Below, one piece after another: positions 36,878-49,587 of a stretch of DNA of 64,000 nucleotides. Numbering within the stretch: position 1 is the first letter of the stretch; every line of letters starts with the position of its first letter. The notes under the pieces were generated by a model. The model saw only the letters and a list, made by a program, of their open reading frames with translations, searched no databases and was not told the origin of the DNA. Source of the DNA: Amphiscolops sp. MND2022 (taxonomy: Eukaryota); NCBI GenBank assembly GCA_964187785.1, contig OZ076414.1:7936001-8000000 (forward strand). The letters run 5' to 3'. Both the position numbers and the translations under genes were made by a program.

Positions 36878-39105
36878 TAAAGACTAATTGTACATACTGT
36901 ACAGTTGGCCGTATACCTGTATCTTTGTATGTTGTAGACTCGTTGTATTTACCTATTATATCTGTTGCTTGACGTTTGCCATTTTTTTGCAGTTGTTATT
37001 TGTGGCCTTTGTATTGTACGCCACTAAGTTGCTTTGTCGACAAGGATTTGTTTCAAAAACGAAGTCAGAGTAGTCCCAAGTAAAAATACATGTCCTTGAG
37101 GACAGATAGCCAGAAAGGGGCTTTGCAATTCAATATTCTGTTCAGTATCTGTATTCTTCAGTGTAGTTGGGGGTGAGGTTAGGACAAAGATTGTATTTTA
37201 CTCCAATAGGACTTTCATTTTCTACAATCATGTCATCAGTCTCACTTTCCAATACATCGCGCATGATAGTATTGCTCCCCCTAAGGATGTTTTATCATCA
37301 GGACTTACTTCGTCGTCACTTTCGTGCGGCAGTTGATCAGGAAGTTTTTCTTTGGTCGTATCTCGTCCGGTGGACCGAAGGTCCACATCGGTCAGAATTT
37401 GATCTGGCTGTTCAGTAATGTCAGCAGCGTCGTTAGTAAAATCTGCTCGTTCGTTCGGTAGCTAGTAGGTCTCTATACGTCGGCTAGACTCAAATTTGCC
37501 AAATTCGTTTTCCACGTGATAACGTATAAATTGTCTTGTGGAATAATAATTTCATCGTCGGGGTGCAAATTCCCCTCCAGGCGGACATCCTGCAAGTCAG
37601 TATTCGGATCATATTTTCGAAGACGAATTCCATGTAAGATTTGCGTTTTGTTTGAATTGAGTTTTCTGATTATGTAATTGTCTTCCGGTGGAACCTTTTC
37701 AATGATGTAAGGACCAATCCATGTAAAATCTTCGAACGGGATTTTTGATCCCTGATGATCTGCTATGGGTTGCTATAGTCATTTTGTTTCAAGGACGCTG
37801 TTTTGGCCTTTCGGTCATAATATTCTTTGTACTTGTAGTAAGATTGCATGATGTTTTTCTTCGTAGTGTTGATCAAAATTTGCGTTCTTCTTTGGAATTC
37901 CTCGGCATAATCGGTCGTTGGTAATATTGTTTGGGTTGGGGTTGAGTCCCAACTTGTGGCCCAGAATATTATATGGTATTCACCAATTAAATATCCTTGA
38001 AGGCTCACCGCCGAAAGTTGAAAGACAGGACGTGTTGTAATTGAGTACTGCCAAAGGTAGATATTTGTGCCACTGACGTCTGTACTTCCCTGAGGTCATC
38101 TTGAGGTTCGTTTTGAGACTGACATGAGTCAGCTCTAGCTTTCCTATGGCATGCAGGTGTTTTGTTGTTGCACATTTGATCTGAATTGCCAATGTTTGCA
38201 CAATTTCAGCAACTAACTTAGACGTAAAGGCTGATCGTTATTCGGTTATCAATTTGGTCATTATGTCAAATATAACCTTGGCCGTATTTGCTGCTGAGGC
38301 ATCAGTAACTGGGTAAGCAAAAAAGTAACGCGAAAAAACGTCCATGGCTGTAACAATACTTTCGTATCCTCCTCTCGGCGGAAGGTTTGGTAAAATGTCT
38401 ATTTGCATTGCGTTTTCTGGACCTAAGGTCCACTCTGGTAAATTAATTCCTGAGTTATTACCTCATTGGTGATTCTCTTGTCTTTGATGCATGTTTCGCA
38501 TCCAATTACCCATTTTCGAACAAGTTTTGCTATTCCAGGATAATAATACTTACATCGAATTTCCTGTAACATCTTGGCAATGCCTGGATGTCAGTTAGCT
38601 TTCCCGTGGAGCGATTTGAGTAATTCGGTCACCATATACTTAGGTAAAAGCACTTGATTGTACTTGACGTTTCCTGTTTCATCATATTACTACCTGGTGA
38701 TGACTTCAGCTTTAATAGACATCCAGTCCAATTGACGTAGGTAGTGTTGGTATATGGTATCTTGTATCAAGATCGTTTCTGAGTACTCTTCTTTCTGTAT
38801 TTTGAGTTTAAATTGCTGTAAAATAACGTCGTTATTTTGTTCTAGAGCCACAGTGATGGTATTGGCTAATTTTCGACAAGTTGAACGTTTATGATAACAG
38901 CTACTGTGAGAACTGATTTTTTCGTACGAAATATCCGGCATTTCGTGAGTAAAGTTATCTCATCCCTGTTTTTTTCGTTTCCAGATTTGCTTTTCTGTTT
39001 CGTCCTCGTCTTCGGTGTAGAATATTTTTTCCTCTTCGGTTATCCCTGCTGATTGGACATGAAGTTCAATTGGCGTTGTGGGGATATCCTCTCTTATTCG
39101 AAGGA

Positions 39106-40405
39106 TCACTTTTTTGGTGATACTTCAAAGCGTGATAAATAATCAGCTGCTGTATTGTTTTTGCCAGGCATGTGTGCAATAGTGAAGTTGAATTGGATGA
39201 CGTAATCGCATGCGTTCCAAAGCGTATGTGGGATGTTCTTTGTTTGAAAGAAACGCGTGACCGATTTGTTATCGGTCAGTATTATAACCGGTTTTGGCGT
39301 CCCCCAAAATAAATGTCCAAATTCTTTGAAGGCGGCAAACAATATGTCTAAGAATTCTTTTGCGTAAATGGACATTTTCAACTGTGCGGGACTAGATTTT
39401 TTTGAGCTGTGCGCCACCGGAGGAAAAGCTTTTCTCGTTGAAGTGTATTTCTCTTGTGGATCATCCTCTATCAGGACTGCATTTCCAGCGGCCATGAAGC
39501 TGGCATCAGTCATGAGGGGTATTTGCTTCTTCGGTAGCGGTTGTTTGAGCGCTTATTTGCAACAACGGTCAAGTGCCTTGTTTATCTCGGTAAATTTGCC
39601 CAACAGATCTGGTGTTACCAGGACTTTTTCATCTTTCTTCAATGGTTCAAAGAACGGAGTCAGTTTTTCTGAAAGCCTGTGGATGTAAGTCCGATAATCG
39701 TTGAGAAATCCCAGGTATCGTTGTAATGCTTTCTTGGATTTTGGATATTTTGTATATTCAAGGAAATTTTGGACTCGTTGTCGTTGTGAACGTACTCCAA
39801 CCGGGCCCAACAATGCCCATATCGTCGACATATTGTGCAGATTGATCAGCTTTTTGGACTTTGTCAAGGTATTCGCGAAAAAAGCTTGGTAAAACTGACA
39901 AAGCGCGACTAAGTCCTTGCGCCAATCTGCGATATGCTAAAGTTCTGCTGGCAACATTGAGCGCCAGCATCTCGATCAACCTTCAGTTTGCCATCTGCGG
40001 GCAACGTAATGCTTGCGAGCAATCCAATTTGCAAAAAAGTTTTCTACCTGCCATGTGTTGAGATGAATCCGTCAGCGTACTGACAGTGTGATTGTTGTTG
40101 ATATAATCATCTGATATAAGATTGTTGATCTTCCGAAGGTCAGGTACTAGTCGTAATTTGTCATAAGGTTTCTTTTGGGCAAAAATTGGATTAGCGTATT
40201 TGGAAAATGGGAGAGTAGTTATTATCCCGTAACGTTGCAAAAGTGCCAATTCTACAAAAAGGTCTACCTTGAGATTGATATGCGTTGGTAAACTTTGACT
40301 ATAGGCCAGGGAATCATATTTTGGTGTTAATTTAACCTTAAATTTCTCATTCATGCCTATGTCGAATCGGTGTCTAGCGAAAATATCGTGATATTCGACT
40401 AGCAA
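39106..40405 (-). pseudogene. Gypsy RT-RNase H (broken)
   Basis: ORFs 39983-40405, 39758-39979, 39553-39867 and 39106-39513 carry consecutive RT and RNase H motifs in shifting frames. Confidence 0.9.
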
Positions 40406-42878
40406 AAATCTTCGATGCGTGCAATTTCATTTGGTTGCAGCATAGAGTCAGTCCAATCAAAGTTTGTCAGGATTTGTCGTCTGGACTAAAGGTCATTCTG
40501 AGGATTTAGCTTTTCTAGCTCCTAAAGATTCAGTAGCTCCTTTAGAAGGAGTTTTTGAGTAGGCGTATGTTACTGCGGAACCCCAGGGTCTTCCGGAGTA
40601 GGGAACCAATAGTTCTCCTTGAAATCTTCTGGTTTTGAAGAATTGATCAAGCTGCTTACATAAAAGGCAGCGTTCTTAGGATTGTCCTGCAATAGGTGCC
40701 ATGTGGTCACCGGATCTATAGGTTTAACGTATTTTGTCTGTCCAGGGGTCATGACAGAAAAGTTACCAACGTGCGAACCTCTCTTGAGAGCATAAGGATA
40801 GTCATTGAAGTTATTCAAGTGAATTTCAACTTTACCAGCGGTCAATGTGACCAATGTCGCACAAAAGGCAATGTCCCTATCTTCAGTGAGTTTGCTTGAT
40901 TGAAGAATGCGAGCAACAGTGGTGTAAACGTACATTTGTGAGGTCAACGTGACTAGGTGTCTATCATCACAGGGGATTGTGATATCCTCTTGAGTTCTGA
41001 TAGGCTCCATGACCTTGATGTACTTGTGATCCGCTGTCTTTAACTGCATGGAGAAAAACGGGAAATTTAAGACTCCCTGTCGCATGTCCAATATGGTATT
41101 GTTTCGTTGTAGGAACGAAAGACCAATCAACAGACTCGTTAGTTTCTCCATTACAAAAAACATTTCGTGAAACAATCTTCATGTCGCCGACCTCAAATTT
41201 CAGTTCAACAGTGCTCTTCGGAGTTTGCAGCTGCCTATTTGCTACCATTATTTGGAAATTGGGTGCTGGGCCCACTTTGACAAATGACTGAGGGCTAATA
41301 AACGAATTTTTTGTAGATCGGTTTCAGGGATTGCGTTAGATAGAGCTCCCGTGTCTACAAGGCCATCTAAAGTAAGTTCGCCAAAATCCATTGGAAAAAA
41401 AGAGCATTTGTCGTTTGTATTTGAGTCCAAGATTGGTAGTCAGCGGTACATAATCTGGTTCTCCGTTTCTGGTGACCAGGGTATTCACGAATCGTGCTTC
41501 GACTGCTGTAGTCAAAGACCTTCGGTCTAAAGTTGTGCAATTCATCTTTTTGCTCATCTTGTGCTGGTAAAGCACAAGGCTCAGGTTTTGTTTGCCAAGG
41601 GTCAAATTGTGCTTTTTTTCAAAACGTCGTTTAGAGCCCTATCAGTAACGAGACAATCGGGTTCTATGTCTGCGTCTTGCTTGTTGAAGTCTCCATATAA
41701 GTGATTGTAGTTTTGAATCTCCCAGTAGGGGTCAACACAGTAGTCAAGTCTTATTTATTACGGGATGTAATCGGGTATTGATGGGAGGGGACGAATTTTG
41801 TTTGTGATCGAGTCATGTCCGTCGGACCTGTGGTCCGAAGTAAGAAGTTTAGTAGAAGTGGTTCCCATTTGCTGCCGCCAGTTAGCCGATGAGGAACCTT
41901 TAATTGAAAAGTATATTCAGTTATTCAGTATAAAATACATTAGAAGGGTCAGAAATTATATACTGTCTGACACGTAGTTTGTCATTAAATTGGAGTCGTG
42001 GGAAATCTAAGTTTTTGAGTTCTTCGAGACAGAAGTTGATTGTTTACTACTGATATAGTTTTGGCCTGGGGACGTATCGTGCTAATTTGCGTACTCCAAT
42101 TTGAGGTTTTTGGGCTTGAGGTGGGCTCCTACGCCTTTCCAACACCGTCTCCCCGGGTGGTTTGTTTTGTCGCAAAAGGACATTTTGGATATTCCTTTTT
42201 GGTATCCTGCCTTTCGTTGCGTTTTGTTCCTCCTTTCTTTTGAGTTTTCAGCAGTCATCCTTGACGTGTCCGGGTTTTTTGCAGTAATTGCAGGTAATAT
42301 TCAGGTCAATGCCGGAAGAGCGGAGGCCTGTTCCCGGTCGTGTTGCTGTCGGGGCAGTGGACATTGTGGGGACTGCAAGTCCATTAAACTCTAGTTCCCG
42401 TTCTAGGTGGGTAACGATTTCTTCATATGAGGCATTCTCCAGTCTCGCCATATTGACTGATCTCTTGAGTTTTGGGGGCAATTTGGCGTATAATAGGCTG
42501 TCTATCATCGCCTGGACGCTTTCGCGGAACGCTTGTTCCGCACCCTGATTTAATTCTTCAAGAAAATCCGGCAATTTCATTGAGTTTGGATCAAACACCA
42601 AGTTTTGCCATTACATCTTCCGCCAGTTTGACCGCCAGTACATCTTCCAGAGTTTGCCTACTTACAGTGCTATTGTTGCGAAAAGTTTGTTGGGCATTTT
42701 TCTTTATAAGGAAATGAATGATTTATTTTCATCATTTCCGTCATATATGGCTGCATTTTTATCATGGTATGAAAAATGTCTTCAAAGACCTTTTCCAATT
42801 TGCCATCAAACGTCAGTGTAGGGGTGCTGACCGGGCGTACCATCAGTGTTTGTGCTGATGATTTGCTGTTCATTCCGA

Positions 42879-43502
42879 CTAACAGGTCCGCAAGGCGTCT
42901 GATGGGGTCTGAGTTGTCGTGAGTGATTGACACTGGTCTCTGGGAACGAAGGGATATTCTCTGAAGATTGACCTTGTGGGAGATTTTGATTCTGTGTGGG
43001 CAAGGGAGTGCATGGGACGTCCAGTAAGAAATTCAGGAACCGTACGAGGGGTCAGGTTGGCTCCTGTCACCATGTCGTGATCTTCATCACTTGCTTGGGA
43101 AACATCAGAGTTTCCCCTAAAGTAGTCATGTCGACTACTGTTGACTAAATTGTGCTTTGAGTTCTTTTTGCAAGCTTTCCTAGCTCTTTTCTCTTCGGCG
43201 GTCCTGCTTAGTCTACTGGACCTGTGGTCCGCTTCTTCCCGAAACGAAGGATTTTGACTGGTCATGGTAATTTGAATATTCGGAAGGACTTTCTCAATGA
43301 ATATTGATTTTATAGTATCTACTATTTGAGTGTTCAAGCCTCTTTTCAACTCATCTATTTTCTTGGAAACTTGAGAACTCACCAACCCCATAGTTTCAAT
43401 GGTAGACTCACTATTTTCTCTACCGTTTGAATTTAAAGCCGATCTGAAATCTTTGAACAACCTTCTGTCTAGTTCTGTCGGATCCAAAGTCCACTTCGTC
43501 AT
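42879..43502 (-). CDS. gag N-terminal ORF that starts inside the 5' LTR and reads through the LTR/PBS junction
   Basis: ATG at 43502; 143 codons lie in the LTR; ..GAT CAC GAC A|TG GTG ACA GGA (DHD-M-VTG) spans the LTR end at 43073. Confidence 0.7.
   Translation of the reverse strand: MTKWTLDPTELDRRLFKDFRSALNSNGRENSESTIETMGLVSSQVSKKIDELKRGLNTQIVDTIKSIFIEKVLPNIQITMTSQNPSFREEADHRSSRLSRTAEEKRARKACKKNSKHNLVNSSRHDYFRGNSDVSQASDEDHDMVTGANLTPRTVPEFLTGRPMHSLAHTESKSPTRSIFREYPFVPRDQCQSLTTTQTPSDALRTC
43059..43072 (-). promoter_or_regulatory. Primer-binding site, tRNA-Leu-like
   Basis: TGGTGACAGGAGCC directly after the LTR-terminal ..CACGACA. One mismatch from TGGTGTCAGGAG, the complement of a typical metazoan tRNA-Leu(CAG) 3' end. 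Confidence 0.6.
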
Positions 43503-45676
43503 TTAAATTTCCTGGGTTGCTTTCTAACTCATTTCTTGAACAGGAACCCAACATTGCGTCTGCATTTTCTATATCAGACATTAGGCCCGCTTATCTAGAG
43601 CGTCATTCCTTTGCATTTTGTTTTCTAGTTGAAGGCATAAGGAGAATTGCTTTTTCGGGTAACAGTTTATTAATTTAGATATTTCATAACAAATGGAACT
43701 GAATACGATAGTGAACAAACAATATTATTCCCACGGTACGTCCAACAGATTGATTGAGACTGTTGGTCAAAAATTAACAAATGCAAATCGTAGCGCGTGA
43801 TTATCAGAGGAGAGTATTATCAGGTGTGTGTAAGCAATAATGATCCTGTGTTCTACGTGACTCTCGTATAAATACTTGGGAGAGCATGACAAGCAGTTTC
43901 CTTGGTGTCAAGCTTCTAAAAATAGTATGAACACTAGGGGAATTGTCTTTGTGAACCAAACGTCATCAATACTTCATTTGGCTTTAAGTAGAAACAATTT
44001 GGGTCGCGAAAGGGTCACATTACTGAGGTTGAGGCGTAAAGGCAGCACGCTTTTCAAGTCTGAGGCATCATAACTCATATTTGGAACTCATATGCTAATG
44101 TAAATATCACATGTACTTCATGCTAAGGACTAGCGGTCCAAATAGCTAATGGCGGAGAAGAAAATTAGCACACTTACAGCACGAAAGAATGAATGCTAAG
44201 CGCTGATTGGATCTCTAAGCGAGACGTCAATTCGAACGCGTTTCCTTTCAAATCGACAGTCGCTTACCATTATGTTCACTGCTACTTCAGCTAACTTTGA
44301 TCATACGACATTCTGGGTTACCTGATAATAAAACATAACTGATATATGAAATAGATATGAGCAGGTTTTTACATAAAATCCACTATGTAAAATAATGGAA
44401 ATTTTTTTATAGGGTTGGTCATACTTAAGAAAACGGACCAATGGTCCGTATGTTTATAAAATGCATAGAAAATCAGTTTATAATTGCTTGGATCTCATGA
44501 GAGATGTTTGGATGCGGACCGACAGTCCATAGGGCTTACTGTGGCAAAACTTCTGGGGGCAATGTGTAGTTTGATTGTTCGTCCTGTTGTACTTGATCAG
44601 CATTTCCATCACTGGCGGTCACCTGTGACACTCCCCGCGGGACGAGAACAATTGACCCCGCCGCATTCTTGATTGAAATGCGTCTCTCCTGCGTTGTCTG
44701 GTCTCGTATGATTCTCCTGCTCTGTGAGTCCTCTCCAAGTAGTCGGTAACAACTTCTTCGCGGACAATATCTGCTGTTTTCACACAGACCATGCAGTCGC
44801 CCCATCGGACAAGATTCTGTTCTCGACAGGTTCCGTCAGTTCTTACTGCCACCCCAGAAATCGAAGAATGAATGGCGGTTTTGGTCCGATCGACCTTAGG
44901 TCGAGGCTCACAAATTTCGCGGAAATTCTCATCACGGAAACTTCTACTTGCTTCTTCCATTGAATCTTTTGACTTTCCTTTTTAGGCAGATTCCTTTCCC
45001 GAATCTGTTTTGATAATAAGCCGCTTGGAAAGTTAATAAGCCCTTGAGGCCACCTCAAGTGGTTGTAATAGCTAGTAAAGAGGTGCCAATGGGTGATGAG
45101 ATTGTTTATCATTACTCATACTTAGCAAGGAAGTATCTTCAACGACTGACGGTCTACGCGCCTAGCTTTGACTAACTACCCGATCAGTATAAGTCGTTAA
45201 ATGAATGAAGAAATCCTGAATGGAATAGTAGGGATGGCGAAAATTGATGAAATATATTGATTGGAATAATGATGGTTTTAATGAAACGTGGAGATAGTAA
45301 GAAGCAGTAATATTCAAGTGTTCGTCACTGGCAGGTTCCGGAACACTGAAAATCATAATGAAAAAATAGTTGAAAGAAATAATAACTCCGGTAACAATGA
45401 AAAAACTTGCATGTAGCCACGACGTCCTTTATTGTAATGTAGAATAAAGAACACAATAATTGTATAATTGACGGTCTCAAGAGTCGAGTATGATGGTAAC
45501 AAGTAATTATAGGTAAATGGGACTTGTAGCTGAATTGACGTAGAGCATCGTAAGCCAGTTTGATAACAATCACAGTTAACAGCACAGCATTTGAATTGAT
45601 TAGCTTCTTTGTTAAATTCCTCATTCTTATCACCTGTTATTCTTCTCCTGAGGCAGGTTAGCCGTCTGGATCGCTA
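43073..45676 (-). repeat. 5' LTR of Gypsy family X (~2.6 kb, including ~500 bp absent from the solo LTR)
   Basis: Colinear with 28861-30986; extra segment ~44719-45221; homology ends at TCTGGATCGC (~45674). Confidence 0.75.
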
Positions 45677-45739
45677 TGCAATATAAAGAAAAGGGAGCTA
45701 AATATTAGCAATATCGCATATTGTATATTGCAAAGTATA

Positions 45740-48270
45740 CTGCTTTATCATGATCTTCATATATGAAGAAATAGTAGTTCATATGAATGCCCCCTTCATC
45801 GGATTTAAGTTTTTACGGTCTTCCGTTGAAATTGAAGTTCCTCGTTACAAAATTTATAACTTTTTTGTTCAGGTGGTTTTGCATATTCTCGCTGTCCGCC
45901 ATCTGCAGACAGGATCTACAGCAAATAATATTTGTATTTTTCTGTTCATGTTTTATTATGTAATTTTCCGGTAAAATCTATTTGTAATTCTTGCCACGTT
46001 TCGGATAGTGTATTTAATTTACCACATTTGTTTTCTGGAAATTGGTGAATTTGGTATTAAGGCAGGCGGTACAGTCTTCAATTTTTTGTTATCTGATCGT
46101 CCACGATAATTAGGTTCTCCCATGGAATTGAAAACTTCTCAAAAATCGGTTTGTAACTTTTCGGTGCTGTTTCTTTGTCTTCTCGTCTCATGCTTGACCG
46201 GAATCTCGGGATCGTTTGCTGTTTTTGATATCAGAATTTTTAAATCCAAAATGAAATCGAATTCTCCTCTCTTCTTACATTCTTCTGTAGTTTTCTTGTT
46301 TGTTGTCAGCTTACTCACGATGTGGGTAATCTGAAGGTAGTGGGCTTCTTTTCCTTCCTTGAGCTGTTTACTCAAGTCTAATACAGGTAGATTATCTGCT
46401 CTCATGATTATGTTGTCTTCTTCGCGTCTTCGGTATCAAGCGGATTTCGTTCATTGTCAATTTCACAGCCCTCCAGAGCTTCGGCTCCTTCGTCGTCTTC
46501 CAGTACTTGTTGCAATGGATGATAGCTGCCTCTTATCCGGTTACCTCTACAAATGAGCTCCGCATCAATCTCTGCTATCGCTTCGTGGCTTCTTTTGTTC
46601 CGTTGTGACCGCGCGAATACCGTCTTTTGCGATAGTGGGTCATACCTACTCCGCACAACTCCCGGTCTCGCCAGTGTCTCTCATCTTCCCACTAATTTCC
46701 TTCTTTCGGGGCTTTTGTTTCTCCGGCGAATAATCTCCATGATTTTCCTGGCATTTCGACGGTGATAAATATTCTAATGTTTGGTCGATCTTCTCCTGGA
46801 ATATTATAGGTTTATCGGCAAGTCCGTAAAATCCATCTTTGAATCTGTAATATCCACTAAATTTTGCTCCCGTTATTGCGAATACACATTATCGGCTACT
46901 TTCTTCGAATATCTTCATTTGTACGTATGCGTAACTAAAAACAATTTTTCAAATGAAAAGTTTCACAGTTAAGTCTCGTGTGATCTCCACCAAAATTTGG
47001 TTTAATAACTCTTCCAATTTCGTTTTATACAACTATCATTCAATTTTCGGGAGTCTGATGCATTTTTAACCGATTTGTCGTTTTCCAATGTAATTACTAC
47101 CGGTGAAACGAAACAATCTTTATCAATGTTGTTTTTGTTTTCCAGATGTCCGGCTTCTATTTTTTTCTAGTCGTTTTCCCACATCTTGATGATCCCAAAT
47201 CTTGGAATGGTATCGGTCTAGCTTTTTGTTTTACCGGATAGCATCTTGGTTTCAATTTTATAATTATTTCTGTATCTTTTTTTGTTCGGTTGTCCTCAAT
47301 AAAGTTAGGAAATTTTGTGAGTTCTTTTTTTTCTGATTGCTTGTTATCAACCAACTGTATTCGTCCGATTGTTAATTTGAATTTTTCATCCAGTCCACTG
47401 GAGTAATGGTGTTAAATCCGCTCTTTTGGTGATTAGTGTTTCCATCTTTTGTTTATTGTTTTCATATTCAATGTCCACCGGTATTTTTCCCGCAATTTAA
47501 CTCCGTTCTTGCTCACATCTTGGTATCGATTTATAATTTTCTGGATTTTGGCATGTTTCAATATTTGTTCATCTAGTGGCATCATTTGGCATTTAGTGGC
47601 ACGGTTGAACAGGTGTATATTATGAACTTTTTCTTCCTTTAGTTGACTTTAAACATCGCTGTATAATGTTTTGTTTGTTTTCAATCGTTTCTCTTTCTTC
47701 CATGTAGTTTATGCTTTCGTTTGACTCGCTCAATGACTCCTTCGGTTCGTTTATTTCTCCTTCGGTAAGCTTTCTCATCGTTCGGTTGTTGTTCATTCTT
47801 TGTTTGTACGCTTCAGCGTAATGACCCTCCTTTCCGCATTTATTACAGTTTGATTCTAATGCGGGACGTTTGTGTAAGGGATTCCATTTTGGTGCGTTGC
47901 AAAATCTGCATGGCCGGTTTCCGGTAAAGTTGTTCTTCGGTCTCGTCCCGAATTTTTCTATTGTCTGTATCGGGTTTTCCTTCATTGCTTGTTCCTCCTT
48001 CACTGCAATCAATGCACCTGGTATCGTGTTCTTCTTTTCGTAGGTATCTTGTTTGATTAATGCTATGATTTTCTTAATTTCCAAAGTTGTTTCCTGCATC
48101 ATGTTGTCCCGTAATTTTTTGTATGTAATTGCGGTCATGTACTTCGATATCAAAATGTCTTCGGCTGAGACTGTATTGAAATGACATTCTTTCTTGATCT
48201 CAATTAATCGTCTCCAATGTTCTTCGGTTGGATCGTCGTCGGTTTGATTTGCCCAGAAAAAGTTTATTTG
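45740..48270 (-). mobile_element. Internally deleted Gypsy relic (family Y, copy 2): gag, partial RT, spacer, integrase core
   Basis: gag with CRFCNAPKW..CNKCGKEGHY (47620-48300); KQKARPIP (47157-47354); CVFAITG..FSGYYRFK.GFYGLAD (~46790-46930); IAEIDAEL spacer (46408-46656); QIDFTGKL..AVD..KSDEGG (~45800-46000). The RT C-terminal half and RNase H are missing. Confidence 0.82.
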
Positions 48271-48840
48271 CAATTTTATTAGGCTCCTTGATTTGATCAT
48301 TGATAAGAGAATCTAAATACAGTTCATGGTCTTTTAATGCATCATTTTCTTTGGAAAGTTTTTGTTTAAATACACCAGTCTTTACAATGTGCTTCTTTAT
48401 CGACCCAGCTTCACCAGGAGGGAGTTGCTATCGCTTTGGATGTGGGGCTTGCTATTCCGGAGATGGGTCGTTAGCTGCCGAACTGCAGGGCAGTGTTGGA
48501 GACGCATTGTTGGAGGGCATTGTGTTGGTGGCAACAGCATCTTGTAGAGGAACATGTGGGACAGGTGTGAAGACAGATGTCGATGTAGTGCAAGAGGCAG
48601 ACGTAGTGTGTGTTGCAGAAACTGTAGATGCAGATGGAGAAGGTTGTATTCGAGGAGAGATTGAAGTCAAATCAATGGGAGACGGAAACCATATGATCAT
48701 GCGAGCAGTCAACAATTGTATCAATAGTGGGTATGCAGTTCGAGAGTCTGGGTATTCGAAAAAAAACATCGTGAAGAGATCAAGAGCGAACCAAACAAAT
48801 AAATAATTCAAAAAACAACCTGATAGTCAGAACAAGATTG
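48270..48840 (-). repeat. Dispersed ~550-bp repeat with a Ser/Thr-rich ORF (copy 1; copy 2 at ~55450-55945)
   Basis: CGACCCAGCTTCACCAGGAGGGAGTTG is identical at ~48410 and ~55590. Both copies encode QLPPGEAGSI..LKxHE..LDSLINDQ..EPN. Confidence 0.8.
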
Positions 48841-49587
48841 AAGGTTTTTTCTTAAGTTTTTGCTTGCAACTTGCTCATGACGAAACGGTTTTCCCCAAAA
48901 GTTTTTTGTCAATTGGCAGCTGATAAAGCGACCCTTGCTATGAATATTTTTGACTGTAGAAACTATGTGTAACGTAATGATGATCATTTTTGAGGAAAGT
49001 TTGAAGAATTTGTACGGAGATGAACATTTCCACTATAAAATAAAGATCTTATTATTAATATTTGAATATTTGAATTGATTTGGTCAGATAAATATGGTAT
49101 GAACTAAAACACAAAACAATTTATATTTATTCATATGAGGAACACATATCTGACCGGGACGCAGAAAGGAGCTTTACAGCTCTAGGGTATACGCCCCCAA
49201 AAACAAAAGAAGAGTTGTCAGCTCCAATAAAGGAATATAGTAGGAATTCTGGAACTTTAACCAAAAATGAGGTTAAAAGTTGTTTCACTGTCAAGGATGT
49301 ACAGTTCTTTGAAATTCATTATGAATTTTTTTAACATTACTTTGTCAATATTGTTTCCGAAACTAGGCAATAGACCGTTTTTCATTAAAAAATTGTAACA
49401 TTTTGTAACTCTCCCGGCTAATGAGTTCTTGGCTGTAACAGTTCGCGAAAAATGGGGTCGAATTAGTCCAGCAATTTGAGATCGAGTTGTCCGTAGGAAA
49501 GCTTGATTTTGAAGATCCAATGATCTAATTGTCGAAAAACCATAAATTTGAAATAGAGTCTCTTTGAATATTTCTTCAATGTAAAGT

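Larger units (their letters stand above)
37090..45676 (-). mobile_element. Gypsy LTR retrotransposon (family X): 5' LTR, PBS, gag, PR, RT, RNase H, IN; 3' LTR missing
   Basis: gag knuckle CNYCKKPGHVKDDC (42248-42601); protease LVDTGA (41248-41430); RT KLDCSQA..YVDDMG (39553-40405); RNase H TDAS..YAKEF..TDNKS..ADYLSR (39106-39513); integrase LHGKANHPG..CETC, QIDIL..MDVFSRY (~37760-38650); GPY-like WIGPY (~37715). Frameshifted throughout. Confidence 0.92.
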
